From Camelus dromedarius (taxonomy: Eukaryota): a DNA stretch of 64,000 nt. The DNA is taken from positions 113,648,001-113,712,000 of the forward strand of contig NC_087437.1 in NCBI RefSeq assembly GCF_036321535.1, read 5' to 3'. Both the position numbers and the translations under genes were made by a program. Every line of letters starts with the position of its first letter. Positions within the stretch are counted from its first letter, which is position 1. Below, one piece after another: positions 12,601 through 24,602 of the stretch. The notes beneath the pieces are model-generated. The model made no database searches, was not told the DNA's origin, and saw nothing but the letters and a program-made list of their open reading frames with translations.

Positions 12601-15035
12601 AAACTTTGAGCCCATCAGGAAAGGGTTAAGTCCCTTAAAATGAATATCTCTGCCGCCCTGATTTCCTCTCTAAAAAATATTTAGGGAAGCAAGATGGGCT
12701 GGGAGAGGGGATGGGGAGGAGAAAAAAGGGGCTCAGGGAAAGGAGACTTGAGTGGGGGCCACGGAGATCAGCCTGGTTTCCCTGAGAACGTCCTTTGTGG
12801 CTTCCTTGGGAGGACCACACAATGTCCAGAGGCCGCTGTGTGACTGGCAGAGATAACGGTGGCAGTTCCTGACAACATTTGCTCCGTCCCTCCTCCCCCC
12901 TCCCCCCTCTGTCTCCCTCCCCAGAGGATCTTGCTCTGGCTTTGGGCACCATGAACCTCAACTTTGCAGAGCGAGGAGGGAGCCAGACCCTCGTGGGTCC
13001 AAGCCTCATCTTATCTTGTCAACATCTTTCTTCCCAAATGAACCACAAACCTTCTTATCCCACCAAATATCCACCGTGAAGCACAATCAAGGAATCTGTT
13101 CCAAAGCACAATCCTTCTCTTTGAAGGAGCCAGCCTTTACTGCTCTGCCCCACAAATGGGGAATTTAATAGACTTGACCTGAGGCAAGGATATGGTGGTA
13201 AGTAGGTCTATTAGTTTGAATCGGTGACTTGCGGTGGCTGTCACAGCATTGGGGGCCTTGAATTCAGGCCTGTGGGTGAGCAGGGCACAAACAGCTGGGC
13301 CGAGCGGCCCTTAATCTCCTGCCAGCTGGACCCTGAGATGGAGCTCGGAGGCTGGAGTGCTCAGGCTGCTCTTGGCACAGTTTCCAGAAACGACTCTGGT
13401 GGCAACGTGGGGCTGTGGCTCCAGGCCTGCCCCAGAATAACACACTGTCAGCATATGTTAACAGGCTGCCTTTTCGCCAAAGATCACAAATGCATTCCAT
13501 TTAGTGTCTGTTTTGCAAGTGTTACTATCTGTGTTTTATGGGCAACAAAACCAAGATACAGCGAGGCCTTTGAGCTCTGCCCTGTGAATGTGAGTGGTGA
13601 GGGGCTGACCGGGGAGACCTGGGCTTCCTGAGTCTCGGGCTGTTGCAAAAACAGCTTCCTCCCAACCTTTCCAAACTCCTTCCAGAATGGCTTTTCTGGC
13701 TGGCAGATCTCAGAGCCTGGTGGAAGTTAAAAGGAACACGTGTGTTCCAAACTCCCTGGAAGAGAGTGTCGTATTAAAAACACACACAATTCAACATGTG
13801 GGGACTTAGATGAAAGGGGTCGGCTGCTTCAGTTCTGGGTTTGGTGGCTACACGTGGTTAGGCCTTCACCCCATGGGAAGTACGTGGAAATGAGTAGTTC
13901 TGGCTCTTCTTCCCTCCTGGGTCTTTTCTCCCAAGAAGCATAAGGCCATGCCGATCCTGATCGTTCTCCTTTTAAAGATGCGACCATCTTGCAAGACTCA
14001 GTTTTCTTGGGAACTCACCACTGACATCATTCAGTAGAAAGAGGAACCTACTAGACTAAACTAAGTGAAAATTTCCAAATGGCTTTGTTCTATTTCAGCC
14101 TCCTTTTTCCAGGTGGAGCTTCCTCTCTGTCGGGTGAAATGAAATAAGCTTTTCCCTGAAGATGTCAGAGCCACCCTTAATGATATTTGACTCTTATACA
14201 AACAATTCGTGGATTGAAATCCAAAGGAAGGCAAATGATTTCCAGAATTAGAACTTGAAATATAAGATACCGAAACATCTCGAAACATTAGGCTGAAAGA
14301 TACCTAGCAGAGCTGGACCTCAGGGTAGAACCGGAATGAATTGCAAAAGAGGAAACTCAACTGATTTTTTTTAAATCTATAAGGAAAGACGATCCCATGA
14401 TTTTCATTGGAAACTAATGTTTAACAACCAACCAGTAAACATTCGCCATATACCTACTGTGTGTAAGTTCCTGTGAGGGCGCAAAGAGAGTTATTTCGCG
14501 CACGCTCCCTTGCTCTTTGCGCTTGTATTATTAGCAATAACTACCCTCAATATTTGGGAATTCTTTGTTATCTCTCTCAACTGCCTCTCACATCTCTGTC
14601 TTCTGGAGTGGCCCCCTGACTTGAGTTCTGTTCTGGGGGAGCTGGATATTGGGGTGACTCTTAATGACAGCCTTGCACATCCAGGACACATTTAGTTATC
14701 AGGGTGCTTCCGGGCCACCTCTCCCAGTGCCAAGAAGAGCTGGAGATGAGGTAGCAGAAAGCAAAAGGCGGCCTCCAGTTTGCCTAAGTCTAAAGTCTTG
14801 GTTTTTCCTTCCAAATCTGTTCCTCCCAGAGTCCTCCCTGCCTCCATGGCTAGCACCGTTTCCAGACTGCTTACAGGAAAGAACATTTGATTCTTTCATG
14901 CCTCTTTTCCTCTTGCTTATCTCCTCCATCTAACCTGTCATCAGTCTTGCTTTTAACCTTTAAAACAGCCACTTTACTTTATTGTTCCCACAAGTTACTT
15001 GCCTCTGTTTGCAATATTCTCTTGTTGACTTAAAA

Positions 15036-15285
15036 ATTTTTAAACAGCTTTATTGAGATACAATTCACGTACAATTTACCTACATAAAGTGTAAAATTCA
15101 ATGTTTTCTGGTACTTTGCATTACTAATTTTTTTAAGTAGTAAAATATATAGAATATTCAATTTCCCATTTTAACCATTCTTAAACATATGATTCAGTGG
15201 TGGCATAAATTATATTCACAATGGTTGTTGTGTGCCCACCATCACTTACCACCAAAATTGCTTCACCATCTGCAAACACTCTGTA
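15036..15285 (-). mobile_element. Old L1M 3'-end fragment(s), reverse orientation
   Basis: TTTTAAACAGCTTTATTGAGATACAATTCAC... and CCATTTTAACCATT...TTCAGTGG...ATATTCACAAT, typical reverse L1M termini. Confidence 0.7.
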
Positions 15286-15975
15286 AACTAGGAATAGAAA
15301 GAAGGGAACTTCTTCAACATGATAAAGATCATATGTGAGAAAGCCACAGCTAATATCATACTCAATGGTGGAAAAACTGAAAGCTTTCCCCTATAATCAG
15401 GAGCAAGAAAAGGAAGTCTACTTTTGCCATTTCGATATAACACAGTACTGGAAATTCTAGCCAGAGCAATTAGGCAAGAAAAAGAAATACAGTCACCCAA
15501 ATTGGAAAGGAAGACATAAAATTACCTCTGTTCATAGAAGACATGATCTTATATGTAGAAAGCCCTAAAGAATCCACAAAGAAACCCGTTAAACTTAATA
15601 ACGGGTTTCAGTAAAGTTGCAGGATAGAAAATCAATGCATGAGATAGTTGTATTTTTACATCCTTGCAATGAACAATCCAAAAAGGAAATTAAAAATTAA
15701 TTTCATTTACAACAACATCAAAAAGAACAAAATACTTAGGAATAAATTTAACCAAGGAGGCAAAAGACTTGTATACTGAAAACTACAAAACATTAATCAA
15801 AGAAGTTAAGGGAGATCTAGATAAATGGAAAGACATTCCATGTTTATGGGCTAGAAGACTTAATAATGTTAAAGTGATGATATCGCCCAAGGTAATCTAG
15901 AAATTCAACACAGTCCCTATCAAAATCCCACTGGTGTTTTTTTTATAGAAATAGAAAACCCATCCTAAAATCCGA
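15286..15975 (+). mobile_element. Degenerate L1 ORF2 (reverse-transcriptase region) fragment
   Basis: CACAGCTAATATCATACTCAATGG...GTACTGGAAATTCTAGCCAGAGCAATTAGGCAAGAAAAAGAAATA...GACATGATCTTATATGTAGAAA (DDMI-like region)...AAATGGAAAGACATTCCATG. No intact ORF. Confidence 0.93.
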
Positions 15976-15984
15976 ATTGGCTTT

Positions 15985-16490
15985 CTCGCTTGCTGTTCCC
16001 TCTGCCTGACATGCTGTGGCACTGGATGTCTGCTAGGCTCCCTGTCTTGTCTCCTTCAGGTGAGAAAGTCACTGCCTTGGTCACATGTCACTTGTCATTT
16101 TCTTATCATAGCCTTCCCTCACCACCCTTGTACTCCCAACTGCCTCTTATTTGCCTTGGTTTTCTTCATTGCTCTTAATGTATTTTACTTATTTATTACC
16201 CGATATATTTGAAATCACTTCCCAGTCTGGAAAAGTCATCAGGCTATCTTAATCCATCTTAATCTTCCATGGCAAAAGACCTGAGCGAGTGGAGATCCAG
16301 TTATGACTATATTTGAGATGCCAAAGACTTGACTTATTTATTTTTTGACTTCCCTGTCTGAATATAAATTTTCTGAGGTCAGGGATTTTTGCGTATTTGT
16401 TCATTGCTATATTCCCAGCACCTAGAACATGTCAGGCACATCGTGGGCACTAAAGATAGATATTTGTTGAGTGCAGGAATGAATGTAAAA
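15985..16490 (+). mobile_element. L2 3'-end remnant, interrupted by a 133-bp duplicated segment at 16203-16335
   Basis: TTGCTGTTCCCTCTGCCTG at the left; TTGTTCATTGCTATATTCCCAGCACCTAGAACA...ATATTTGTTGAGTG...GAATGAATG (L2 terminus) at the right. Confidence 0.75.
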
Positions 16491-16889
16491 CATACAAGAA
16501 CAACAAATACATTTGAGTCTATTGTTTTTGTAGAGAAACAAGACCAAGTGACTACAAATGGGATTTTTGCCTCATGTTCTCCTTAACAGAACTCAGCATT
16601 ATAGTGAAACACGTTGGTGAAAGAACAACACAGCTTCATTAAACAGCCAAAGAAGTGGTGAGTTCAAATATTTCCTCCTATTTTGAAAGTCATGTTCACG
16701 TTGGGCTGTTTTCCAATCATCAACTCCCTTTCCAATGTACTGCTCCCCGAATCCCAATATATTTGAAATCACTTCCCAGTCTGAAAAAGTCATCAGGCTA
16801 TCTTAATCCATCTTAATCTTCCATGGCAAAGGACCTGAGCGAGTGGAGATGCAGTTATGACTGTACGTGGGATGCCAAGGACTTGACTT
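16203..16889 (+). repeat. Direct repeat pair, 133 bp: 16203-16335 and 16757-16889
   Basis: Manual ungapped alignment gives 8 mismatches in 133 nt (~94%), offset 554 bp. Confidence 0.97.
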
Positions 16890-19800
16890 TGGCTGGGTGA
16901 GAGCATATCTCGATATCAAGGGAGCAAGCAGACAGCTGGTCGGAAAATAACGGGTGTGCAGGCGAGTGAGTAAAAGAGAGGAACAGTAATGGGAGACTCC
17001 CACGAGTGGGAAACTTAGTATGTGTAGACACAACTACACGCCAAACAAATTTACTTACTTCACATACTTAACTCATGATTTTCACTTTGATGATGATGAG
17101 TGAACAAGAAGGAGAAAAGCTGTCTGTAAAAAGAGATGACTCATCGATGTCTTATTTTAAATCGATTCTGGGAGCCTTCTGAATTACCTCACTGACCCCA
17201 TGAATCCATGAAATTTCCAGAAGACCAGCACAAAGGCACAGCTTCAGCTGGAGGGTCTTACGCATCATCATGGCCCCTCTTTGTCCATTCTCAGGGGGTG
17301 GCTGCTATCCTTAGAAGGAGGAGCCTGCTGCCTCCTCGAGATGAGAAATAAACACTTCCTACCCTCAGACTGAAAAGGGCCGGTGTGTCTACAGTGAGGG
17401 CTGCCTTCCCAGCCAATGGAACAGTATCTCTGAAACACTCATGAAGTAAAGTCAGTGAAAGTAGAACAAATACTCTTTAGAATTTTTCTTTTAGATACGC
17501 TTTTGGTAGAGCACAGGTATGGACCTTCCAACTTTGTTGCATCTATTTATTCAGCATATTTTCAAAATAACCCATTTATGCTCATTAATCCCACGCGTGT
17601 AAGATTTCTTTAAAGTGGAAAACCTTTTTCATTACCCTCGGCTATTGAGAAAATGAAGATGTGAGAAAGCTATGGTAGCTGCCTTCAGTAACCAGTAGAA
17701 CTCAAGAAAGAACAACTTAAAAATACAAAGCTGTGATGTTGTTCATCCTGGCCCTGCCAGCCATTGTCTGCTTGTAGAAACTCAGGCCAAGGGACTGATG
17801 TGACACCAGACCCACCCATGATGGTGACACTCTACAGAAGGTGGAGCATCTCTGGCTGCATCCGAAGTTTGTTGTAGCAAATGACTCTAGAGAACAAGAG
17901 GCCCCAAAACCGTAACTAGGATAGTCCTTGTACGTGGAATAATGAAGCCCTCCATGGCTTTGCAGTGGGAACTCTTGCTACAGTGTTTGAGTTGCAGACT
18001 TAGCATCACAGCAAATCCCAGAGGACCCTGAATGAAATCTGCCCTCTCCTCGTGCTGCAGAGAGAACAGCAAGGTGAATACAGGGCGCAGCTAAGGGTGT
18101 GTCACCAGCCAAGTGAGAGCAGCAACCAGGAGTTTTGACCCTGTTCTTGTCACCCTGTCCATGGTAGAATGAACCATTGAATTTTCCCAAATGGACCAAG
18201 GATTACTGGAAATGCAGCCTTAACCTGACCTCACCCCACCTCCAATCCAGCCTGTTGCTTCTGCACCTGAGGATTTCATCCTGTGATGGGAGCATGCGCG
18301 GGGGGAAATGGAAACACTCAGCTTTCTGGCTCACAAAAGAGGCGGCTCAAAGTCCAGACTGTCTTGTGATCCCAGGCTCAGCTCTCATTCAGCGCTGGAC
18401 CACAAACCAGGCCTCCAAGGACACATCTTTGCCATCACCAAGGGAGTTTGATTTGGCCCTTTCTAAGACAGGATGAAGAAATTCTTATTTTTGATGTAAA
18501 TGTCCAGGCCTCAATAGTTTAAGACCATCTCATTCCTGCTTTTTTCCCATCTGCCCTGTAAACCTTGAAACCTGCTGCTACTGCCCAGTTGTTGAAAGAG
18601 AAGTCCTGGGTAGATTTTATTGATCTGTACAGGGGTAGAAATCATGTTCTTTATTAAGGTAGGACTTCTTTCTTATACCAACATGCTCACCCCATTTGAC
18701 AGAGTGATGGGGAAACAGGAGAGACAGAGATGACAGGAGAGGCGGGGAGAGACAGAGAGAGAGAGACTATATTTTACTTTTTAAAGACCCACGCCTCCAT
18801 CCCCTAGCTGTCTACAGTCTATAAACACCATTAGGATTCTATGTGACTCATTCATATCCCAGGAAATCATCTCTGTTGCCATCCAAATCACTGCAGTTTC
18901 AACTCTAGACTTGAGTCAAATTGGAGTCAGATTAGATGAATGCCTGGCACCCCCAGGCCCCACCAATTATTTAATTAAATATCTACTCTGAAACTCCACA
19001 TTATAGATTCTGTCTATTTTGAAGCCCAGGAACCGTCTGTTTGCCAAACATCCTGCACTACTTAACACAAGGTATCCACAATCCCACCCTCGTCCCGGGC
19101 ACCTATCTCCATGCCCGTAAAGGACACTGATTTTTCTTGCTCCCCCTTAACTTCCTTCTTGAAGCTCCGCCCCCGGGGAGTGGGGCTCTAAGTACACCTG
19201 CAGCGCTCACCAGCTGGGCACTATTTCCCAGCACTGAAGTTGTCACCCAAGAGGAAGAACCTGGCATTTGGCTGCAGCTGGGCCCTCTTGCCTACCTCAC
19301 ATCTTTTAAGCTCCCTTTGAATTTCCTGCCAATACCCGGAGTGGAGGGTGGCGCTACTTTGTGATTTTCCTGCTGCACCGGCAGGACTGCTGCATGGCCT
19401 TGACACGTTGAAAGTTATTCCCTGCTCCCCTGGAACGCCTGGCAGCTGGCACCCCCACCCCAGCTGGAATGCCCAGGGTTGTATTTTACTGGGTCGGCAT
19501 CTTCACAGCTGGGAAGAGCCTCTCTGGAATCTCTGACAGTGAGTAAGTTTCTCACGTCATCTTTGGCAGGCGGATCCCAATCTGAAGTCATCCTTGAAGA
19601 CAAGACCGACAACAAGCCTGATCAATTACTACCACACGTTCTTCAAGGGTCGAGGAGATAAAACGTCACTCTGCAGCCTTGTGCTGGATGTCATCATTGG
19701 CTGTACTGGATCCGAGAGGGGATCCAAGGAGGGAGATGAAGACCCCACACACTGAAGATCAGAGAATTACAAATTCAAGGTCCTCAATGTTCCTACAGAA

Positions 19801-19984
19801 AATTTGCCTCCAGTAGGCAAACCAAACTCAGTATCTTTCCCAGAAAGCATGACTGGAAGGACATTCCATCTGATTAGCAAAATAAAGCCCCATCACTCTC
19901 TCTCTCATCCTTCCAAAGCCCTCCATGGAACCCCTTCCCTCGAGCACAGAACAAAATTCTCCATGTGGCTCAGATGTGAGAGCC

Positions 19985-20160
19985 TGAGAACTAGAGTCAG
20001 CCAGACTTGGATTTGAGTCTCTGTCCTGCTGGGTGACTGGGCAAGTTAGGTGAGCCCTCTGAACCTCATGAGGATAACAGTGATAGCAATGACGTGAGTG
20101 TTGCCTGTGGAGTGCTCAGCCCAGCACTGGGCACACGCGTGCTCAGTATGTGTTAGTGAC
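19985..20160 (+). mobile_element. MIR SINE fragment
   Basis: CTAGAGTCAGCCAGACTTGGATTTGAGTC...CTGGGTGACTGGGCAAGTTA...CTCTGAACCTCA...GTGCTCAGTATGTGTTAG. Confidence 0.7.
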
Positions 20161-20517
20161 ACTGTGATTAAGAACATTTCCTTTCTCAGAGTGGGAAAGA
20201 GATGCACGGAAAAGGTGCCATGTCAGCCAATGCTTTGATCCCAGGGCTCAGCCTGGGACTTTAGAAAGACCTCGGGCAGGGCCTGAATCCACACTTGGAC
20301 ACAGCCCATGTCCTTTCTCCCCCAGGCTGAAGGCACTGAGATGACAGGGGAGAGGATGAGAGCAGTCTTACGAGGAGGCTTGTGTGGGAGACAGCCCTTT
20401 CTGATTCTCCAGGACAGTCCCGGTTTACTGCTGCATTCCCTTCCACCCCTGGCAGTGCCCAGTTAGGAGGACAAATGACATGGTCACTCTATCTCGGAGC
20501 TACCTTCAGTAGTTTCC

Positions 20518-21062
20518 AGAGCTGGGCTGTCCAGTGTTGTAGCCACCATCAAGTGTGGCTAATCAGCCCTTGAAGTGCAGCTGGTCTGAACTGAGACGAA
20601 CTGCAAGTGTAAAATACACACTGGCTTGTAAAGATATAAAAGAGGAAGAGGGATAAATTAGGCATTTGGGATTAACAGATACACACTACTGTATATAAAA
20701 TAGATAAACAACAAGGACCTACCATATTGCACAGGGAACTGTACTCAATATCTTGTAATAAACTATAATGGAAAAGAATCTGGAAAAGAATAAGTGTATT
20801 TATATGTATGTATAATTGAATCATTTTGCTGCACAACTAAAACATTGCAAATCAACTATACTCCAATAAAATTTTTTTTAAATGTGAATGATCACATCAA
20901 TAATTTTTATAATAGAGTACATGGTGAAATGATCATATTTGGCTTTATTGGCTAAAGAAATTAAGTCAAATTAATTTCACAGGTTTCTTTTTGCTTATTT
21001 GATTGTGGCACTGGAAGATTTACTATGTGGGCTTGTGTTATGTTCCACTGGACAGTGCTGTT
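20518..21062. mobile_element. hAT-Charlie MITE (MER33/MER3-like) split by a younger L1 insertion
   Basis: Left arm GCTGTCCAGT...GTAGCCACCATCAAGTGTGGCTA...AAGTGTAAAATACACAC; right arm ...AATTAATTTCAC...GTTTCTTTT...CACTGGACAGTGCTG. Terminal inverted repeat CTGTCCAGTG / CACTGGACAG. Confidence 0.75.
20642..20880 (+). mobile_element. Short L1 3'-end insertion (cetartiodactyl type) nested in the MITE
   Basis: GGGATAAATTAGGCATTTGGGATTAACAGATACACACTAC...GCACAGGGAAC...AAATCAACTATACTCCAATAAAA. Confidence 0.92.
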
Positions 21063-22710
21063 CCAGGGTGTGAGCCCTGTGAGCAGTACCCGCAGACCTA
21101 CGCCCTGGATGGCCACTGTGGCCTGTCACTGAATTTTCTCTCAGGCTTTGGGGCAAATGCCTTCCCCACAGAACTGTGCCATTATGCCCTTGGCTACCTC
21201 CATGCCTACATCCTTGTTTCTAGGCCTGACTCCTTCCCTTTGCACCTTGGCTACATGTCATCGCAGAGATGTTCAAAAGGGACCCAAACTCAGCAAGTCC
21301 AAAACATACTCCATCATGTCCCACATTCCACCCTGGATCTTGCTTCAGGGTTTTTTGCTTGGATTGACTACTCTTTCCATCTTCAGACTCCAGACCTTCC
21401 CATCAATTCTCACCAGCTCTGACTCCTTCCCTCCAGAGAGTAAATCAATTGCCAATCTCCAGGGTCACTTCTTTGTCACACCTCTTCCCTATTCTTGCTA
21501 CCACCGTCCTTGTCAGGCACTTGTATTCTTCAACCATAAGTAGTATTATTTATAAAAATGTAATACATATAATAATATTGTTTCAACAGTTTCCAAAACT
21601 GATTGTCCAGCCTTGGTCAACACCACCCCCGTAAACATTCTCTAAGCGATATCGGCAAGTTTGTTCTACAATCCAGAACTATTTCATACCAAAACTTAAA
21701 AATTGTTCTAGACCCTCCATTGTGTCTGAGCTCTTCATCCTAACATTCAAATCCCTGGAGAACCCAACCCCACTTTATGGATCCAGCTTAATTCTGTTAT
21801 TTTCCCCACCTCTCCTGCCTACCCTCTCCCTCTCACCACTAGGCGATGCTAATTTACATGAACATGACTGGTGCCATTTTTAAAGACCTCTAAGCCTTTG
21901 ATTGGCTTTGCTTCTTGCCACCAATGTCACCTTCACTATCTCATCTGCTTTGGAGAGTTCACTGTAACCCAAGGGTGCACTTAAAATTCACATTCTCCAA
22001 AAGCTTCCCAGCTCCTCTTCCAGCCAGAATTGATCTTTCCTCCCATGTTCAGTACCAATGGCACTTTCATCATGGCGCCATGATAGCACATTCAAGTTGG
22101 CTCTGTGTCAGCATCATGTTTATGAGCATTGCACTTCCCAACTAGAGGGAGACTTCTTTAATATTTAGGTTCTCATCTTGTGGCCTCCTTCCCCCATGAC
22201 AATTATCCTCGATTTGCAATGGTCATTTAAAAGGTGCTCAAGGCATGAGGGTCAGTTGAATCAGTGATAAATGTGAGCTTAGCATGTTCTTTGGAGGGAT
22301 GACCGGCCAGGCTGGTCTCAGCTCTGCCCTGGGAGAATTCCTTGAGGACAGATGAGGAGGGGCCAGACCAAGGTGGCATTTAAGAAGAAAAAGGGAAAAA
22401 TTAGGTTGTGCACATCTTTCTAAGCAGATTTTCTAATTACACTATGTCAAAAATGTGTGTTCAATATATACTTCAAGAATGTTTGATATCATGATCAAAC
22501 TTTAGTAGTAGTGAGCCCTGGAGGTGTTTCAAATACTATTTATTCCACCATGTATACATTTTCCTTCATTAGAGATAAGACAGAAGCCTAGAGGTGGACT
22601 CATTTCTTCTAACTACACTGATTATGGAATGATCATTAGAGGCTATAAAAAGGAAGGCCTCTGGAGAAAGAGGAAATTATACTTATTAGGATATTAAACA
22701 GAACCTTGCA

Positions 22711-22811
22711 GGAGGGTGGGTGTAGCTCAGTGGTAGAGCACATGCTTATCGTGCATGAGGTCCTAGATTCAATACCCAGGACCTCCATTAAAAAAAAAAA
22801 AAAAAAAAAAA
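22711..22811 (+). mobile_element. tRNA-derived SINE, Vic-1-like (camelid)
   Basis: GGAGGGTGGGTGTAGCTCAGTGGTAGAGCACATGCTT...GAGGTCCTAGATTCAATACCCAGGACCTCC with A box, B box and poly(A). Degenerate TSD AAACAGAACCTTGCA / AGAGAGGACCTTTCA. Confidence 0.88.
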
Positions 22812-24559
22812 GAGAGGACCTTTCATGAAAAGAGCCATGGATCCAAAGAGAAAATAAAATAAAGGAAAAAAAAACCAACTCAAACTTCCACCACCACCAC
22901 CTCCCTGCCCCCCACAACTGTGATGGAGAGGATGATGCTTGGTTTTCAGGAGAGCTGGTCGTGTGTGTGTTGAATTACAGGCAATTATCCATGGTCTCCC
23001 TATTGGTCCCAAAGAATTTAGAACCACGTCAAAGGGAAATATGATCTATCAGAAGGGAACTCCTACTGCATCTTTTAACCCTGGGCCAACTTCACTGAGT
23101 TGATGATGCATTTTATTTTTGATGATGTATTTTATTCCCATGATGCATTTTATTCTTGAAGTCTTACAAATGGTTGTTGGTGACAGTTGATGTGAGAGTA
23201 AACTTCTCCCCCAGGTTACGTGTTCTGAAAAATCCAAAGTGGGCCCATGAAATTGCTGGGTGATTCTGAAGACAGAAATAAATCTCGCTCAGAACATCTT
23301 CTCTGCTATCCATCAGTCAATCCACAAGGGGGGAAGCAAAATTTTTGCATAAATTAACTGCATGTTGTTCACCACCATGATCTTGGGGGTGAAGACCATG
23401 AAGTTTAGTCTGATTCTTCAAAGAAAATGACACTCTGGTCAATGCAATTTTAGTACCAATCACACTTCATTGTATTCCTGGGACATGGCACACTGTATAC
23501 AAGCATACAAGGCACCTGAACGTGAGCCGCTGAAAGATCAAGGAGACCAGACAGTTCAAACCTTCCACTGGGCCGGCCAGCTGGAGAGCAATGGACACTC
23601 TCCCTCTTCATGCAGTGCGACTGGGGCTGATTAGAGTTGGCTCTGGTCAACTCTGTCCTCAGCCCGCATCCACAGTAGGAACACACTGCGCTTCTGACTT
23701 GGCTGGAATGAAGCTTATTGAGTAAGAAAATGGAAGCTAAATGCTTCAGGAAGGGCCCTTTCTAGGTTCTTATTTTCCAGGCTGGGTTATAATTTTGACA
23801 CTAACTAAATGTGAACCTTGGCCAAAGAGCTGACCACTTCTGTGCTTCAGTTTCCTCGTGTGCAAAAAATGAGCACGCAAGCCTGTGCTGCTCCCAAACG
23901 CACAAGTCTTACCAGTGGATGCCCAAGCCGGGTTAGACACACCACGCCCTGGTGTGATTATTCTAGATGAAAGTCTCCTCTGAGTGCTCACACACAGTTT
24001 CATAATGGGATGATGTTGAGAACGAGGCTGATCACCGTGATAACGATCACCGACTGTTGCTTGGTGATATTAAGTTGGAATCTGTTTCACCTCAGGCTTT
24101 ATGAAAATCATATTGTATGTTCTGGTTTCAAGTTTTGAGTTTTTTTCCCCATACATTTAGACCAATAGCAAGGCATGACTGCTCCATAAACTTCAGGAAA
24201 ATAACTTTTAAAATACACCCAACATCACAGATTTGGGGATTCTGATAACCACTGCTGGGAATTTACTTCTGGTCACTAATCTCCTTTTCATCATCTTTTC
24301 CATCTTAATGCTTGACTAAGCAGAGGCCCAAAGTATCAACAATAGGACATTCCTACTGTACTTGTCACAGCCTTTGTTTATGAGAATGTCTTTATCTGGT
24401 TGTATCTTGGATTTTTTTTTTCCATTCCTATTCTCTGGAATACTTCCTGGTAGAGAGTGATGGTCAGTAAACTTTGTTAAATGAATCAACAGACGGATGT
24501 ATAAGATGGCCAACCACATCGCCCTGAGTAGAGCATGCCACACACACCCACATGCGTGT

Positions 24560-24560
<1 letters not shown>

Positions 24561-24600
<40 letters not shown>
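24561..24600. repeat. (CA)n microsatellite
   Basis: Directly visible, about 20 units. Confidence 0.97.

Positions 24601-24602
<2 letters not shown>

Noticed and set aside
15286..15975. Possible functional reverse transcriptase gene
   Set aside because: Short, interrupted L1 ORF2 relic; no plus-strand ORF of 60 aa or more in the track.
16203..16889. Direct repeats as LTRs of a small retroelement or as a CRISPR-like array
   Set aside because: Only two copies, no TG...CA ends, PBS, PPT or TSD; the intervening sequence is L2 plus unique DNA.
22711..22790. Possible tRNA gene
   Set aside because: Poly(A) tail, TSD and an imperfect acceptor stem indicate a SINE.
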